Below, in pieces: positions 8,941 to 16,936 of a stretch of 19,427 bases of DNA. The DNA is from a virus. The DNA lies in UHGV virus genome UHGV-0123532; one strand, 5' to 3'. The notes under the pieces are model-generated. The model was not told the DNA's origin. It searched no databases and saw only the letters and a program-made list of their open reading frames with translations. Positions within the stretch are counted from its first letter, which is position 1. Every line of letters begins with the position of its first letter. The position numbers and the translations under genes were made by a program.

Positions 8941-9220
8941 GACTCTCCAGCTCCTGTATCAGTCAGATAATTTCACGACGCTTTACAGTATATCGCCACC
9001 ATCGACGGTCAGACTCTTACGCAATCCCACCGCGTTGACTGCATGTTCTTCGCCGCCTCAGTGCGATTTTGACGGCCTTACCTTTCACCCCATCAAATCA
9101 GAATCCCTCACGTATTTTTCACGCTCAGCGTGAGAAATACAGCCATTCTGTTGTGTCTCTGCGACATCGTTCAGGGAATGCTATTTACCCCCTGAAACGC
9201 GGGCTGTTCCCCCGTCACCT

Positions 9221-9272
9221 GCGCGCAGAAAAAACGCGTTTTTTTGTGCATGCACGGATCCTTGACGGATCC
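9221..9272. repeat. dense cluster of short palindromes
   Basis: GCGCGC (9221-9226), AAAAAACGCGTTTTTT (9229-9244), GTGCATGCAC (9246-9255), GGATCC twice (9256-9261, 9267-9272), all seen directly. Confidence 0.6.
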
Positions 9273-9315
9273 AGCCGCCACGCGGGCCGGAAGGGTAAAA
9301 AGTCGTTCAAAAAAA

Positions 9316-9345
9316 TTGTGCAAATTTGTGCACTATTGTGCAAAC
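9316..9345. repeat. three tandem copies of TTGTGCA at exact 10-bp period
   Basis: tTGTGCAaat / tTGTGCActa / tTGTGCAaac at 9316, 9326, 9336; helical-turn phasing suggests a protein-binding array. Confidence 0.55.
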
Positions 9346-9581
9346 CGAACGGAGTGCTTATTTATAGAAAAATTGAGCCTATGTATACGACGTTGCTTAT
9401 AAATACATCCCTGACTGTTATGTGAAAATATGCAAAGAAAATTACATGCTATGGAGATGAGAGTTATAACGACCTTTTCTACTTATTTGTAAAAGAGGTC
9501 GTTATGTAAAAGTTAAATTATTTTTTACTCTTGATATGTGTAAAAAATATAGCTTTGATGTTTATATCCTATTAGAATATA

Positions 9582-11279
9582 TTATTTATCCTCTTTAATG
9601 ATTTTGTTATAGTCAAAATCCCAAATTTTTCTGTCAATGCCGTTTGTTGGTGTAACCCGGTAGAATAAGGATCGTAATCCATTGTAAAAATACTGGAGAG
9701 ATTTCTGATTTTCTGGTTTGTCTAACCAGTTTCTTGTAATCATTCTAAAGAATTCAATATGCTGATTGAATATTTTCTTATTTAATTTTCTTCTTAAACC
9801 GGATGTAGACTCATGGTTGTCTTTTCTTTTCTGAATTTCAGTTTCAATTGATTGTAATTGAGGACGTATCTTGAGTAAGTATAACTCTTTCGAAAAACCA
9901 TTGTTAATTATATCCTGATTTTCCCAGAAGGAAGAGTCGTCGGTATTATAAAGGTGCTCACAATGCTCAAATATCAATTGTTCTGGAGCTTTTTCACCCG
10001 GCAGTGATATAATTCCTCTCTGATCCTCAGGGCTGTGATCTCCATCAAGAATACAAATTGATTTTAACGAGGTTTCCTTAAGATGAGAATCATTAAAAAT
10101 AGTTTTTAAATTGTCTGCACCAATGAAACAATCAATTAAGTGAAATGAATTACTAACTATAGCAAAATTTGGATATTTGCTTATCCAATAACCAAGTATT
10201 TCATTAAATAAAAAGCGAGCTTCTTCATCTTCCGTGAAAACTGGTATCTTGTTCCTTGTGTATATCTCATCCTTTGTTTGTGTTTTCAGATACATTGTTA
10301 TTTTTAATATATCAGGATTATCCAAAAGCAGAGCCTTTGTAATATTGTTAATTAGATAGACAACATGGTATTTTTTATGAAAAGCATATTCTAGCAATGT
10401 CAGACTGTGCGTTGTGAAAAATACTTGAATCTTATAATCTTTTGCGTATTGATAAATTTTATCTAATAATCTTATCTGTAAAGAAGGATGTAAAGTGGCA
10501 TCAAATTCATCTATTAACAGAATGCTTTCTTTTTGATCAGTGGATTGAATAAGTGATTCAAAATAATACCTAAGGCTAACTAATGCCTTGATTATAATGA
10601 ATATATTGTCTTCCCCGGATGATATGGTATTAGAATCAATTGCTGGGTTATCGGTATCAAATAATGGGCCAGCTTTAAAATCTCCGATATTGTTTGATTC
10701 TATATTTATAATATTAATGCCCAAAAGTTCATTATATATTTTCGATATATAACCAACATACTCTTCTGGTAGGTTTAACGGAATTTTTGTAAGGGCGTCG
10801 TCTTTAGTTTCACCAATTGGGAATAGTCGCGATAATCCAAGATATAAAACTGGTTTAGCTGGAAGTGATTGTTTTTCTTTTCCGCGTGGGTATACTGGTT
10901 TGATAGCATACCGTTGCGCTTCGTCTGGATTTTTTGAGTTGTGCTTTCTGAAGTCTAGTGTGCTATGATCCAAATAGTTAATAGAAAATAACACACCTTT
11001 TGTTCCCTCTGCCGGATCGGTGTAATTTTTTGATTCCCTAACAATTGCTTCCATTTTGGGGTTGGCTATTTTGTTTATAGATTTTATAACTCTAACACAA
11101 TTACTATTTGAATAATTTTGTGATCGAGATGGTGGCATTTGGAAACCATTGCTAATTAAATGAAGCAATGTTGTCTTACATGTCCCATTGGTTCCTGATA
11201 TTATATTGATGTCTTCATTGAATGAGAAGTCAATATCTATCAGTTTCTTAAATTTTTTAAAACTAATTTCTTTAATCAT
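9582..11279 (-). CDS. OLD-family ABC-type ATPase with C-terminal Toprim-like nuclease region (565 aa)
   Basis: N-terminal P-loop SGTNGTCKTTLL; Walker B/D-loop LLIDEFDATLHP and H-loop FFTTHS typical of AAA_15/AAA_21 OLD-like ATPases; downstream conserved acidic motifs VFTEDEE and ILDGDHS spaced like the Toprim Glu and DxD; AGGA RBS; AT-rich. Confidence 0.6.
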   Translation of the reverse strand: MIKEISFKKFKKLIDIDFSFNEDINIISGTNGTCKTTLLHLISNGFQMPPSRSQNYSNSNCVRVIKSINKIANPKMEAIVRESKNYTDPAEGTKGVLFSINYLDHSTLDFRKHNSKNPDEAQRYAIKPVYPRGKEKQSLPAKPVLYLGLSRLFPIGETKDDALTKIPLNLPEEYVGYISKIYNELLGINIINIESNNIGDFKAGPLFDTDNPAIDSNTISSGEDNIFIIIKALVSLRYYFESLIQSTDQKESILLIDEFDATLHPSLQIRLLDKIYQYAKDYKIQVFFTTHSLTLLEYAFHKKYHVVYLINNITKALLLDNPDILKITMYLKTQTKDEIYTRNKIPVFTEDEEARFLFNEILGYWISKYPNFAIVSNSFHLIDCFIGADNLKTIFNDSHLKETSLKSICILDGDHSPEDQRGIISLPGEKAPEQLIFEHCEHLYNTDDSSFWENQDIINNGFSKELYLLKIRPQLQSIETEIQKRKDNHESTSGLRRKLNKKIFNQHIEFFRMITRNWLDKPENQKSLQYFYNGLRSLFYRVTPTNGIDRKIWDFDYNKIIKEDK

Positions 11280-11296
11280 CTATATCATCCTTAAAT

Positions 11297-12142
11297 TTAA
11301 ATGTCAGGGATTTTTATACCATGATTATAAATGATAATTTCTAGACCTTTTTTCTTATCTTGTGCAGTATAATTAAGCGTATAATCAGTCATATTGAATT
11401 CATGATATATGCTTTTTATTTCAGGCACATTGTCATAAGACACAACCCAAGGTAGTTGAATTTCCCGTAGTGTATTAGCGATTTTTACATGATCATCATG
11501 TTTATAAAAATTTCTATATAACTCTGCTCCTTTAACATAATAAGGTGGATCAAGATATATTAGACTATTTTGGGGTAGCAATGCTTTTTGGTGTAGCAGA
11601 AAATCTACAGCATCAAAATTCGATACGTAAATTTTCTCCTTATATGCACCAATTAGTTCAATCCTTTTAATTAACTCTTTTTTGTTGAATCTTGCATCTA
11701 ACTTCCATGGTCCTTTTTGTTCTTTCCCTCCAATAACGCCAGCCTTAAGTATTCCTGAACGGTTTGTTCTATTTAAAAAGAAAGTAGATAATGCGACTTC
11801 AAGCATACTATATTTATCATTGTTTAGGAGTATCTCCTTTTGAGTATGCCAATTTTCAATAGTCACAGGAACTTCATCAATCATTTCACATAACAGATCG
11901 TTATGATTAACCACTGCAAACCAAAAAGAATAAAGGGCAGGATCAATATCATTTATGAAGATATTTTCAACAAGACCGTTAAGGAGCAAACCTAATGCTA
12001 CACCGGCTCCACCTGCATAAGGTTCAGCATAACATCCACCAATGAGATCATTGTTGCGGAGTATTTGTTCAATATGTGGCAAGAATTTTGCCTTACCTCC
12101 CGGATAACGAAGAGGGGTTCTAAAATGAGAAGGCTTTGTCAT
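11297..12142 (-). CDS. Dam-like (D12 class) N6-adenine DNA methyltransferase (281 aa)
   Basis: LRYPGGK N-terminal motif, AdoMet motif EPYAGGAGV, catalytic DPPY; stop lies 17 bp upstream of the ATPase start, same strand. Confidence 0.85.
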   Translation of the reverse strand: MTKPSHFRTPLRYPGGKAKFLPHIEQILRNNDLIGGCYAEPYAGGAGVALGLLLNGLVENIFINDIDPALYSFWFAVVNHNDLLCEMIDEVPVTIENWHTQKEILLNNDKYSMLEVALSTFFLNRTNRSGILKAGVIGGKEQKGPWKLDARFNKKELIKRIELIGAYKEKIYVSNFDAVDFLLHQKALLPQNSLIYLDPPYYVKGAELYRNFYKHDDHVKIANTLREIQLPWVVSYDNVPEIKSIYHEFNMTDYTLNYTAQDKKKGLEIIIYNHGIKIPDI

Positions 12143-12229
12143 CCACGATTTTCTCAGTAAAAAATAAACATAATCTTAACATGGCACTTGAGTTTTCCCG
12201 ATAAAAAACATCGTCGCCGTCCATAGATA

Positions 12230-12247
12230 TTTGCATAGTTATGCAAA
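12230..12247 (-). promoter_or_regulatory. inverted repeat TTTGCATA-gt-TATGCAAA in the leader of the methyltransferase operon
   Basis: Perfect 8-bp arms seen directly; located between the predicted promoter and the MTase start, an operator-like or 5' UTR hairpin position. Confidence 0.4.
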
Positions 12248-12275
12248 AAATCCAGTTTTCAATGAATTAAGGGGA

Positions 12276-12305
12276 ATTATATCAATTGCATTCTATTCAA
12301 CACAA
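12276..12305 (-). promoter_or_regulatory. candidate sigma70 promoter for the MTase-OLD operon
   Basis: Minus strand TTGTGT-N18-TATAAT (perfect -10 at 12276-12281, -35 at 12300-12305), immediately after the gene A stop. Confidence 0.35.
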
Positions 12306-12327
12306 TATTCGGTTAGCGATTCACATC

Positions 12328-15153
12328 TCATCCCTCATGATGGAAAAGGCATATCCAACTTTGTAATTGTTTTTTCTCATCATCATTTTGATTACTAAAG
12401 TGCTGTTTGCCTCTCTTTTGGAGCAAAGTAGCCTTGCGGCGGGCGCGTTCAGTGGTTTCATTGATTCTTTGTGCGTGCTCTGCGTCACGGATGGCGCGCA
12501 GCATGTCAGAAAGCACGGTAACGGGGGTTTTCATGGTGTTCTGGTCCTGCTGAAGTGTGGATGCCAGACGTGCGGCGGCTTCGGGGTCTGATGCCCCCAG
12601 TTGTTCCAGATAGCTGGCGACCGGGTTATGACGGATCTCTGTGCTGCTTACGCCGTGATTACGGCTCAGGCGCTGCCAGAGCTGCGTAATTCGGCTGGCC
12701 GGGCGGGTATCCGGTTTGCGTACAATTTCAAATCCCTGCGGTGCAATGATGCTGCCGTCAACGTACAGGCTGCCGCCCCGTAACAGGTGCTGCATCTGCT
12801 GTTCACCGATATGCAGGCCGAGAGATTCGGCAGATTCCCGCCATTCTTTAGCGAGTAATTCGTGGTTATCAGGCAAAGGCCGCTGCTGTTTGCGGCTCTG
12901 TGTCCAGCTCTGCATTTCATCACTGCTGTTTTTTGCCTGTTTGTCACGAAGCGAACGCATCAGCGCCCGGCGTTCGTGCCGTTTCAGTGAGCGCATCCAT
13001 TCGTTCACTTCAACGCCGTCAGGAAGCTGCGGCCACGGTGCTGGCCGTTCTTTCGACTGTTCTGTCCCGCTGTTGCCTGTTTCCTGTACACGGGGACAGT
13101 TATTGCCACGAGTCCAAGGGGCGGCAGGGCCGCCCTGAAGGTCAAAACCATTTTCGCGGGCGCTGTCTTCCGCTTCCGGTTTGCGTCTTACCAGCTTCCA
13201 GTTATCCGGATGCGTGCACACACGGGAGGATTCCCCGATGAGTGGTGACCAGATCCCGTAAATCTGTACGCTCTGTTCGCCGTAATCGTTCAGCTCATCG
13301 GCGAGGTCGTAGGCGGTGCGAATCAGGTAGTCTTTGCGTGGAACAAGTACGCCGCCCTGTTTCTCAATGTAGGTGGCAAAACATCCGGCATCAGCGGCAG
13401 CAAGAACCGCATCCATTGCGTCATCCTTCAGCCGTTGCGGGCCTTCCGGGTTGCGTGCCATCTGGCTGGCAAGGCGACGCAGTTCACGCCACACCTGACG
13501 GGAGGGGATGCCAAAGAACTGGAACTGGCGGACCCGGTGAAGGCGCGCCCAGCCAATGGCGCGTTCCACGCTCTCGGTCATTGATTTTCCGGTTTCGTGG
13601 TCAACGCGTGGTTTGCCTGTTTTCGGGTCGATGCCATCCACGGCGCGGCTGTCCAGGTTTTTTCCGATGTAGGTGGCGATGTAGCTGGTTGGCGTGCCTT
13701 TTGAGCCGTCGACATACTCCGCCTTAAAGCGCGGAGTAATATCATCGCCCAGCTCGTGACGATCTTCCTGAATGGCAATATCGCGGGTGTGGGACACAAT
13801 GGTGTCGATTTCTTCCGGATGAGCAAAGACCATCATATGCCAGTGCACGGTGCCGTCATGGTGAGGCTCCACCGTGCGGATGCCATACCAGCGCAGGCCG
13901 TCGCGGTTCAGTTTCTTGCGGACCGCCGCAAAAAACGTGTTAACCAGGTAATCGCTGGAGTCGCGCATGGTGGCCCCGTTCCATTTGGGATTCGGATGAC
14001 CGTTCTCTGTTGTAGCGTGGTATTTTGACGGGCAGGTGACAGTCAGAAACACCGCTTTGTCGCCACGGGCTTCGGCCAGAAGTTCCAGCCCCTTCATGGT
14101 GGCCATCATTTCTGCCTTACGGTGAACCGGGTTACTTACTCCCGCGTAATACACTGTCTCGAGATCAATCGTGAACCCGTCTTCGTTTTCCAGCATGAAA
14201 CTTTTCAGGAAATCGCGTGTTTTCTCGCGCTGTGCGCGAAACTCGCTTAACGCGTCCTGGCTCAGATAGGGCGATGTTTTTCTGGAAACCAGACAGGCGG
14301 CGCGGAGTTGTTCTTCTCTCCACTCGCAACGTAACAGCCACAGTTTGCGTTTCCACCATTCCGCACAGGTCAGGCGAAGGATTGCGCCCGGCAGCAGCTC
14401 CGTGTCCGGTTCGTTCCTCCGGTCTTTGTCTGTTGTCAGTGCGTCATAATGTGGAGGCATGGCGTGCAGGTGTAACGCCATGCGGGCCAGCATCTGATAC
14501 GCCTTCAGCGTTACATCCATGGTCAGTTCGCCATCGGTCGCGCCAAAGCCATCGCAGAGTTTTTCGAAGGTGCTGCTGAACATCGCCGCCGTCATGGTGG
14601 CCAGCGTCTGTATCTGGTGTTTGTTGAGCTGCGGCAGGTAAAGCAAATCGTCCAGGCGTTCGCGTCCGGCAAGGGAGCGATAACCCTGTGTCAGCCAGCG
14701 GTGATCGGTGCGCTCCAGACGTTCGAATATTTTGCGCAGGTTTCCGCGCGCGTAGCGTTCAGCCTGCCAGCTCTTTTTGCCTTTCTGACGATCGGCTTCC
14801 TGTTTTTTGCGCAGGAAGGAGAGGTGGCGAATAAGCGGATCGCGCAGATAGGACGGCAGCAGGCGCAGCGAGGCCATGGCTTCATCCACCGCACCGCGTG
14901 CCTGTTTTCTGGCGTCTCCTGCCAGTGTGATGGTTTTGTCCTGTTTTTCCTGTGCGTCCAGGCTTTTATTAATCAGGTTGCCCAGCGGCGTTGCGGAGAA
15001 CGCCGCATCAGCCATTTCCTGGCGGCGCTCGTTCTCTACCCGGTAGGCATCCAGCCAGGAGGAAAGCGCGGATTCAGGAGCGGGGATCCCCGTTCCTTCA
15101 CGCCCCACTGCGTGGCGCGGTTGTTGCCAGTCCCTGATGTACTCTGCCGTCAT
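12328..15153 (-). CDS. A: replication initiation endonuclease, gpA-like (rolling-circle HUH type), 941 aa
   Basis: HUH-type motif TVHWHMMVF and paired tyrosines YIATYIGK characteristic of P2 A-family proteins; position after the early operon. Confidence 0.85.
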   Translation of the reverse strand: MTAEYIRDWQQPRHAVGREGTGIPAPESALSSWLDAYRVENERRQEMADAAFSATPLGNLINKSLDAQEKQDKTITLAGDARKQARGAVDEAMASLRLLPSYLRDPLIRHLSFLRKKQEADRQKGKKSWQAERYARGNLRKIFERLERTDHRWLTQGYRSLAGRERLDDLLYLPQLNKHQIQTLATMTAAMFSSTFEKLCDGFGATDGELTMDVTLKAYQMLARMALHLHAMPPHYDALTTDKDRRNEPDTELLPGAILRLTCAEWWKRKLWLLRCEWREEQLRAACLVSRKTSPYLSQDALSEFRAQREKTRDFLKSFMLENEDGFTIDLETVYYAGVSNPVHRKAEMMATMKGLELLAEARGDKAVFLTVTCPSKYHATTENGHPNPKWNGATMRDSSDYLVNTFFAAVRKKLNRDGLRWYGIRTVEPHHDGTVHWHMMVFAHPEEIDTIVSHTRDIAIQEDRHELGDDITPRFKAEYVDGSKGTPTSYIATYIGKNLDSRAVDGIDPKTGKPRVDHETGKSMTESVERAIGWARLHRVRQFQFFGIPSRQVWRELRRLASQMARNPEGPQRLKDDAMDAVLAAADAGCFATYIEKQGGVLVPRKDYLIRTAYDLADELNDYGEQSVQIYGIWSPLIGESSRVCTHPDNWKLVRRKPEAEDSARENGFDLQGGPAAPWTRGNNCPRVQETGNSGTEQSKERPAPWPQLPDGVEVNEWMRSLKRHERRALMRSLRDKQAKNSSDEMQSWTQSRKQQRPLPDNHELLAKEWRESAESLGLHIGEQQMQHLLRGGSLYVDGSIIAPQGFEIVRKPDTRPASRITQLWQRLSRNHGVSSTEIRHNPVASYLEQLGASDPEAAARLASTLQQDQNTMKTPVTVLSDMLRAIRDAEHAQRINETTERARRKATLLQKRGKQHFSNQNDDEKKQLQSWICLFHHEG

Positions 15154-15159
15154 AGTGAT

Positions 15160-15525
15160 TTACTTCGTCATGCCATTCAGGGTGTCGCGGCAGGCTGTAG
15201 CCAGCCGCTGAATTTCCAGCACGGTGTCTTCTGTGTCGGCATGGCGATGTGTGATGCGGATGCTGTCGGCAATCACATCGACGATTGCAGAGGATGGGCG
15301 CTGGTAAATGCCAATAACGGACGGGGTGCCACCTTCAATGCGGTAAAGCCTGTAATTTCCCTCGTGGCTGTCAATCATGTAGCGACCATCAATAACAATC
15401 TTTCCGTCAGCGAGCTGCGGTACAGGCAGGGATTTCTGGTACATGTCATAACGATCACGCACGCGAGCGGCAAGATCACGTTCTGTGTTGAGCAGGTATT
15501 CAAGAAAGTCGTTGGCGAGAATCAT
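15160..15525 (-). CDS. hypothetical early-operon protein (121 aa)
   Basis: ORF with AAGAGGA RBS; stop 6 nt before the gene A start. Confidence 0.55.
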   Translation of the reverse strand: MILANDFLEYLLNTERDLAARVRDRYDMYQKSLPVPQLADGKIVIDGRYMIDSHEGNYRLYRIEGGTPSVIGIYQRPSSAIVDVIADSIRITHRHADTEDTVLEIQRLATACRDTLNGMTK

Positions 15526-15597
15526 TGCGGCAATCCTCTTGTTACAGATGTGCGAAGGCCTCCCGCCGCAAGGTGCAGGAAAGGCCCGGAACAGGAA

Positions 15598-15828
15598 TTA
15601 ATGGAGTTTGTTTTGCTGCTGGATGAGCTGTTGAAGCTCGTGCAGATCATCCGCCAGATAGCTGAAAACAGAGGCGGAATAAATGTTTGATAGTGCGTGG
15701 CTGCGCTCATGCAGCATATTGATGTGCATGATTTGCGCGACGCGTGATGCGCGGGAAAGTCTGCGGTTGATTTCAGTCTGGATGTGACGACGCTCCGCGA
15801 TAGCGCGGTGTGGTTTGCGGTTTGCCAT
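15598..15828 (-). CDS. hypothetical early-operon protein (76 aa)
   Basis: ORF with AAGGGG RBS embedded in the 3' arm of an upstream stem. Confidence 0.5.
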   Translation of the reverse strand: MANRKPHRAIAERRHIQTEINRRLSRASRVAQIMHINMLHERSHALSNIYSASVFSYLADDLHELQQLIQQQNKLH

Positions 15829-15838
15829 GGTGTGGCCC

Positions 15839-16059
15839 CTTGTGTAGTAAGTTGTGAAAACTCACCATCCAGAGCTGCGAAACTGTGGGTGGCGAGACGT
15901 ACGAGGTTCGCAGTACCGGCTACACAAGAACCCGGCCCGACCGAAGTCGGCCCCGTACGCCCCGCCATAATTCTGACGCGAAAAAAACGTGGCAATACAG
16001 TACGCACAAAAAAACCGCTGGCGCGGTTGTGCGCTTGTGTAGTCAGCAGGCTGCGAAAC
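15839..16059. repeat. three copies of a bipartite motif CTTGTGTAG ... CTGCGAA(A)C in alternating orientation
   Basis: Forward copies at 15839-15847/15875-15883 and 16034-16042/16051-16059; reverse-complement copy at 15906-15913/15920-15928; all seen directly. Confidence 0.6.
16003..16028 (-). terminator. intrinsic-terminator-like hairpin plus U-tract on the minus strand inside the early operon
   Basis: Minus-strand RNA AACCGC-GCCA-GCGGUU followed by a U-run (plus-strand A-run 16008-16014). Confidence 0.4.
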
Positions 16060-16150
16060 CCGACACCCGTTTTGTGAGGTGCAGCGGAAATGTAACCTGA
16101 CTGATTGCGGCATGGCAAGCGGTTTTTTTGTGTGTGCATGTTCTGGTTTC

Positions 16151-16450
16151 TTACTGGTTCAGAAAAAAATCAAAAACCTTGTCAATGCGTTGCAGCAGCT
16201 CTTGCTGTATTGCTTCCGGTGTTTCCGGTTCGCCTGGCGCCTTCAACGTCGCGCAGAAATCAGCGATTTCATGATGGAGCGTCAGGCGAATGGCAGGAGC
16301 CGTGGTTCTGGCGTGCTCCAGCTCATCCAGCAGTGCCAGCACGGCAGACGGCGAGAGCATTGCGCGAAATGCCAGTAATTTTTGAGGCGTTGCCATTCGT
16401 TGCAGGGCAAATGCCAGTTCGCGTAGCTTCTGGTGGTTGATGGTGCTCAT
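16151..16450 (-). CDS. hypothetical early-operon protein (99 aa)
   Basis: ORF from track; start overlaps the upstream gene stop by 4 nt. Confidence 0.5.
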   Translation of the reverse strand: MSTINHQKLRELAFALQRMATPQKLLAFRAMLSPSAVLALLDELEHARTTAPAIRLTLHHEIADFCATLKAPGEPETPEAIQQELLQRIDKVFDFFLNQ

Positions 16451-16713
16451 GTTCTGGCTTCCTTCAGTAGCTGGTTAAACATGTGAGTAAGTGGATTGCT
16501 ACACCCGAACGGCATCGGGTTTACGTGGTAAGAAGCCTGGCCTCCAGTTTTGCGAGCGCGACCACCTGTGCTGCGGTTTGTTCTGATGACTAAGCCGCTG
16601 CGCCAAAGTCGGCGTAACTCAGCATTAATAGCTGTGGTTGGGGTGTTCAGTGCTGCGGCGATTTCTCCGCCGCTACAACCCGGATGTGTAGTGATGTAGT
16701 CCAGAATGGTCAT
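16447..16713 (-). CDS. putative winged-helix DNA-binding protein (88 aa)
   Basis: ILDYI...GCSGGEIAAAL...LRRLWRSGLV resembles winged-HTH recognition regions; 4-nt overlaps with both neighbours. Confidence 0.45.
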   Translation of the reverse strand: MTILDYITTHPGCSGGEIAAALNTPTTAINAELRRLWRSGLVIRTNRSTGGRARKTGGQASYHVNPMPFGCSNPLTHMFNQLLKEART

Positions 16714-16913
16714 TTGCGTGGCTCCTGTACCTGTCGGATAAGATTCACCCGCGCCACGTTGGTGGCGCAGAAGTAAGTGCCGTCAGTGAGGTAGATGTGG
16801 TGTGCATCCTTTTCCGAACGATGTTTGTCGATAGTGGTAATCAGGCGTTCGTCGACCTCGTATTCGCGCCCTCTGGAGGTAAAGCGAATGATGGGAAAAT
16901 GCTTAATTGCCAT
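16710..16913 (-). CDS. hypothetical early-operon protein (67 aa)
   Basis: ORF from track in operon context. Confidence 0.45.
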   Translation of the reverse strand: MAIKHFPIIRFTSRGREYEVDERLITTIDKHRSEKDAHHIYLTDGTYFCATNVARVNLIRQVQEPRK

Positions 16914-16936
16914 TGCGCCCCCTTTGTCCAGTAACC

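Noticed and set aside
9069-9425. 118-aa plus-strand ORF in the cos-proximal region
   Set aside because: No RBS; it spans palindromes and tandem repeats and has an implausible Arg/His-rich composition; likely non-coding
14617-15690. 357-aa plus-strand ORF
   Set aside because: Antisense to replication gene A and the adjacent early gene; odd composition and no RBS context
15522-16139. 205-aa minus-strand ORF spanning the repeat-rich segment
   Set aside because: Low-complexity Ser/Thr/Arg-rich translation that overlaps the better-supported 76-aa gene in another frame; the region is better explained as structured non-coding DNA
15830-16150. Retron-like ncRNA (msr/msd) as an explanation for the inverted repeats
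   Set aside because: No reverse transcriptase gene is adjacent and the repeats do not have the a1/a2 flanking arrangement
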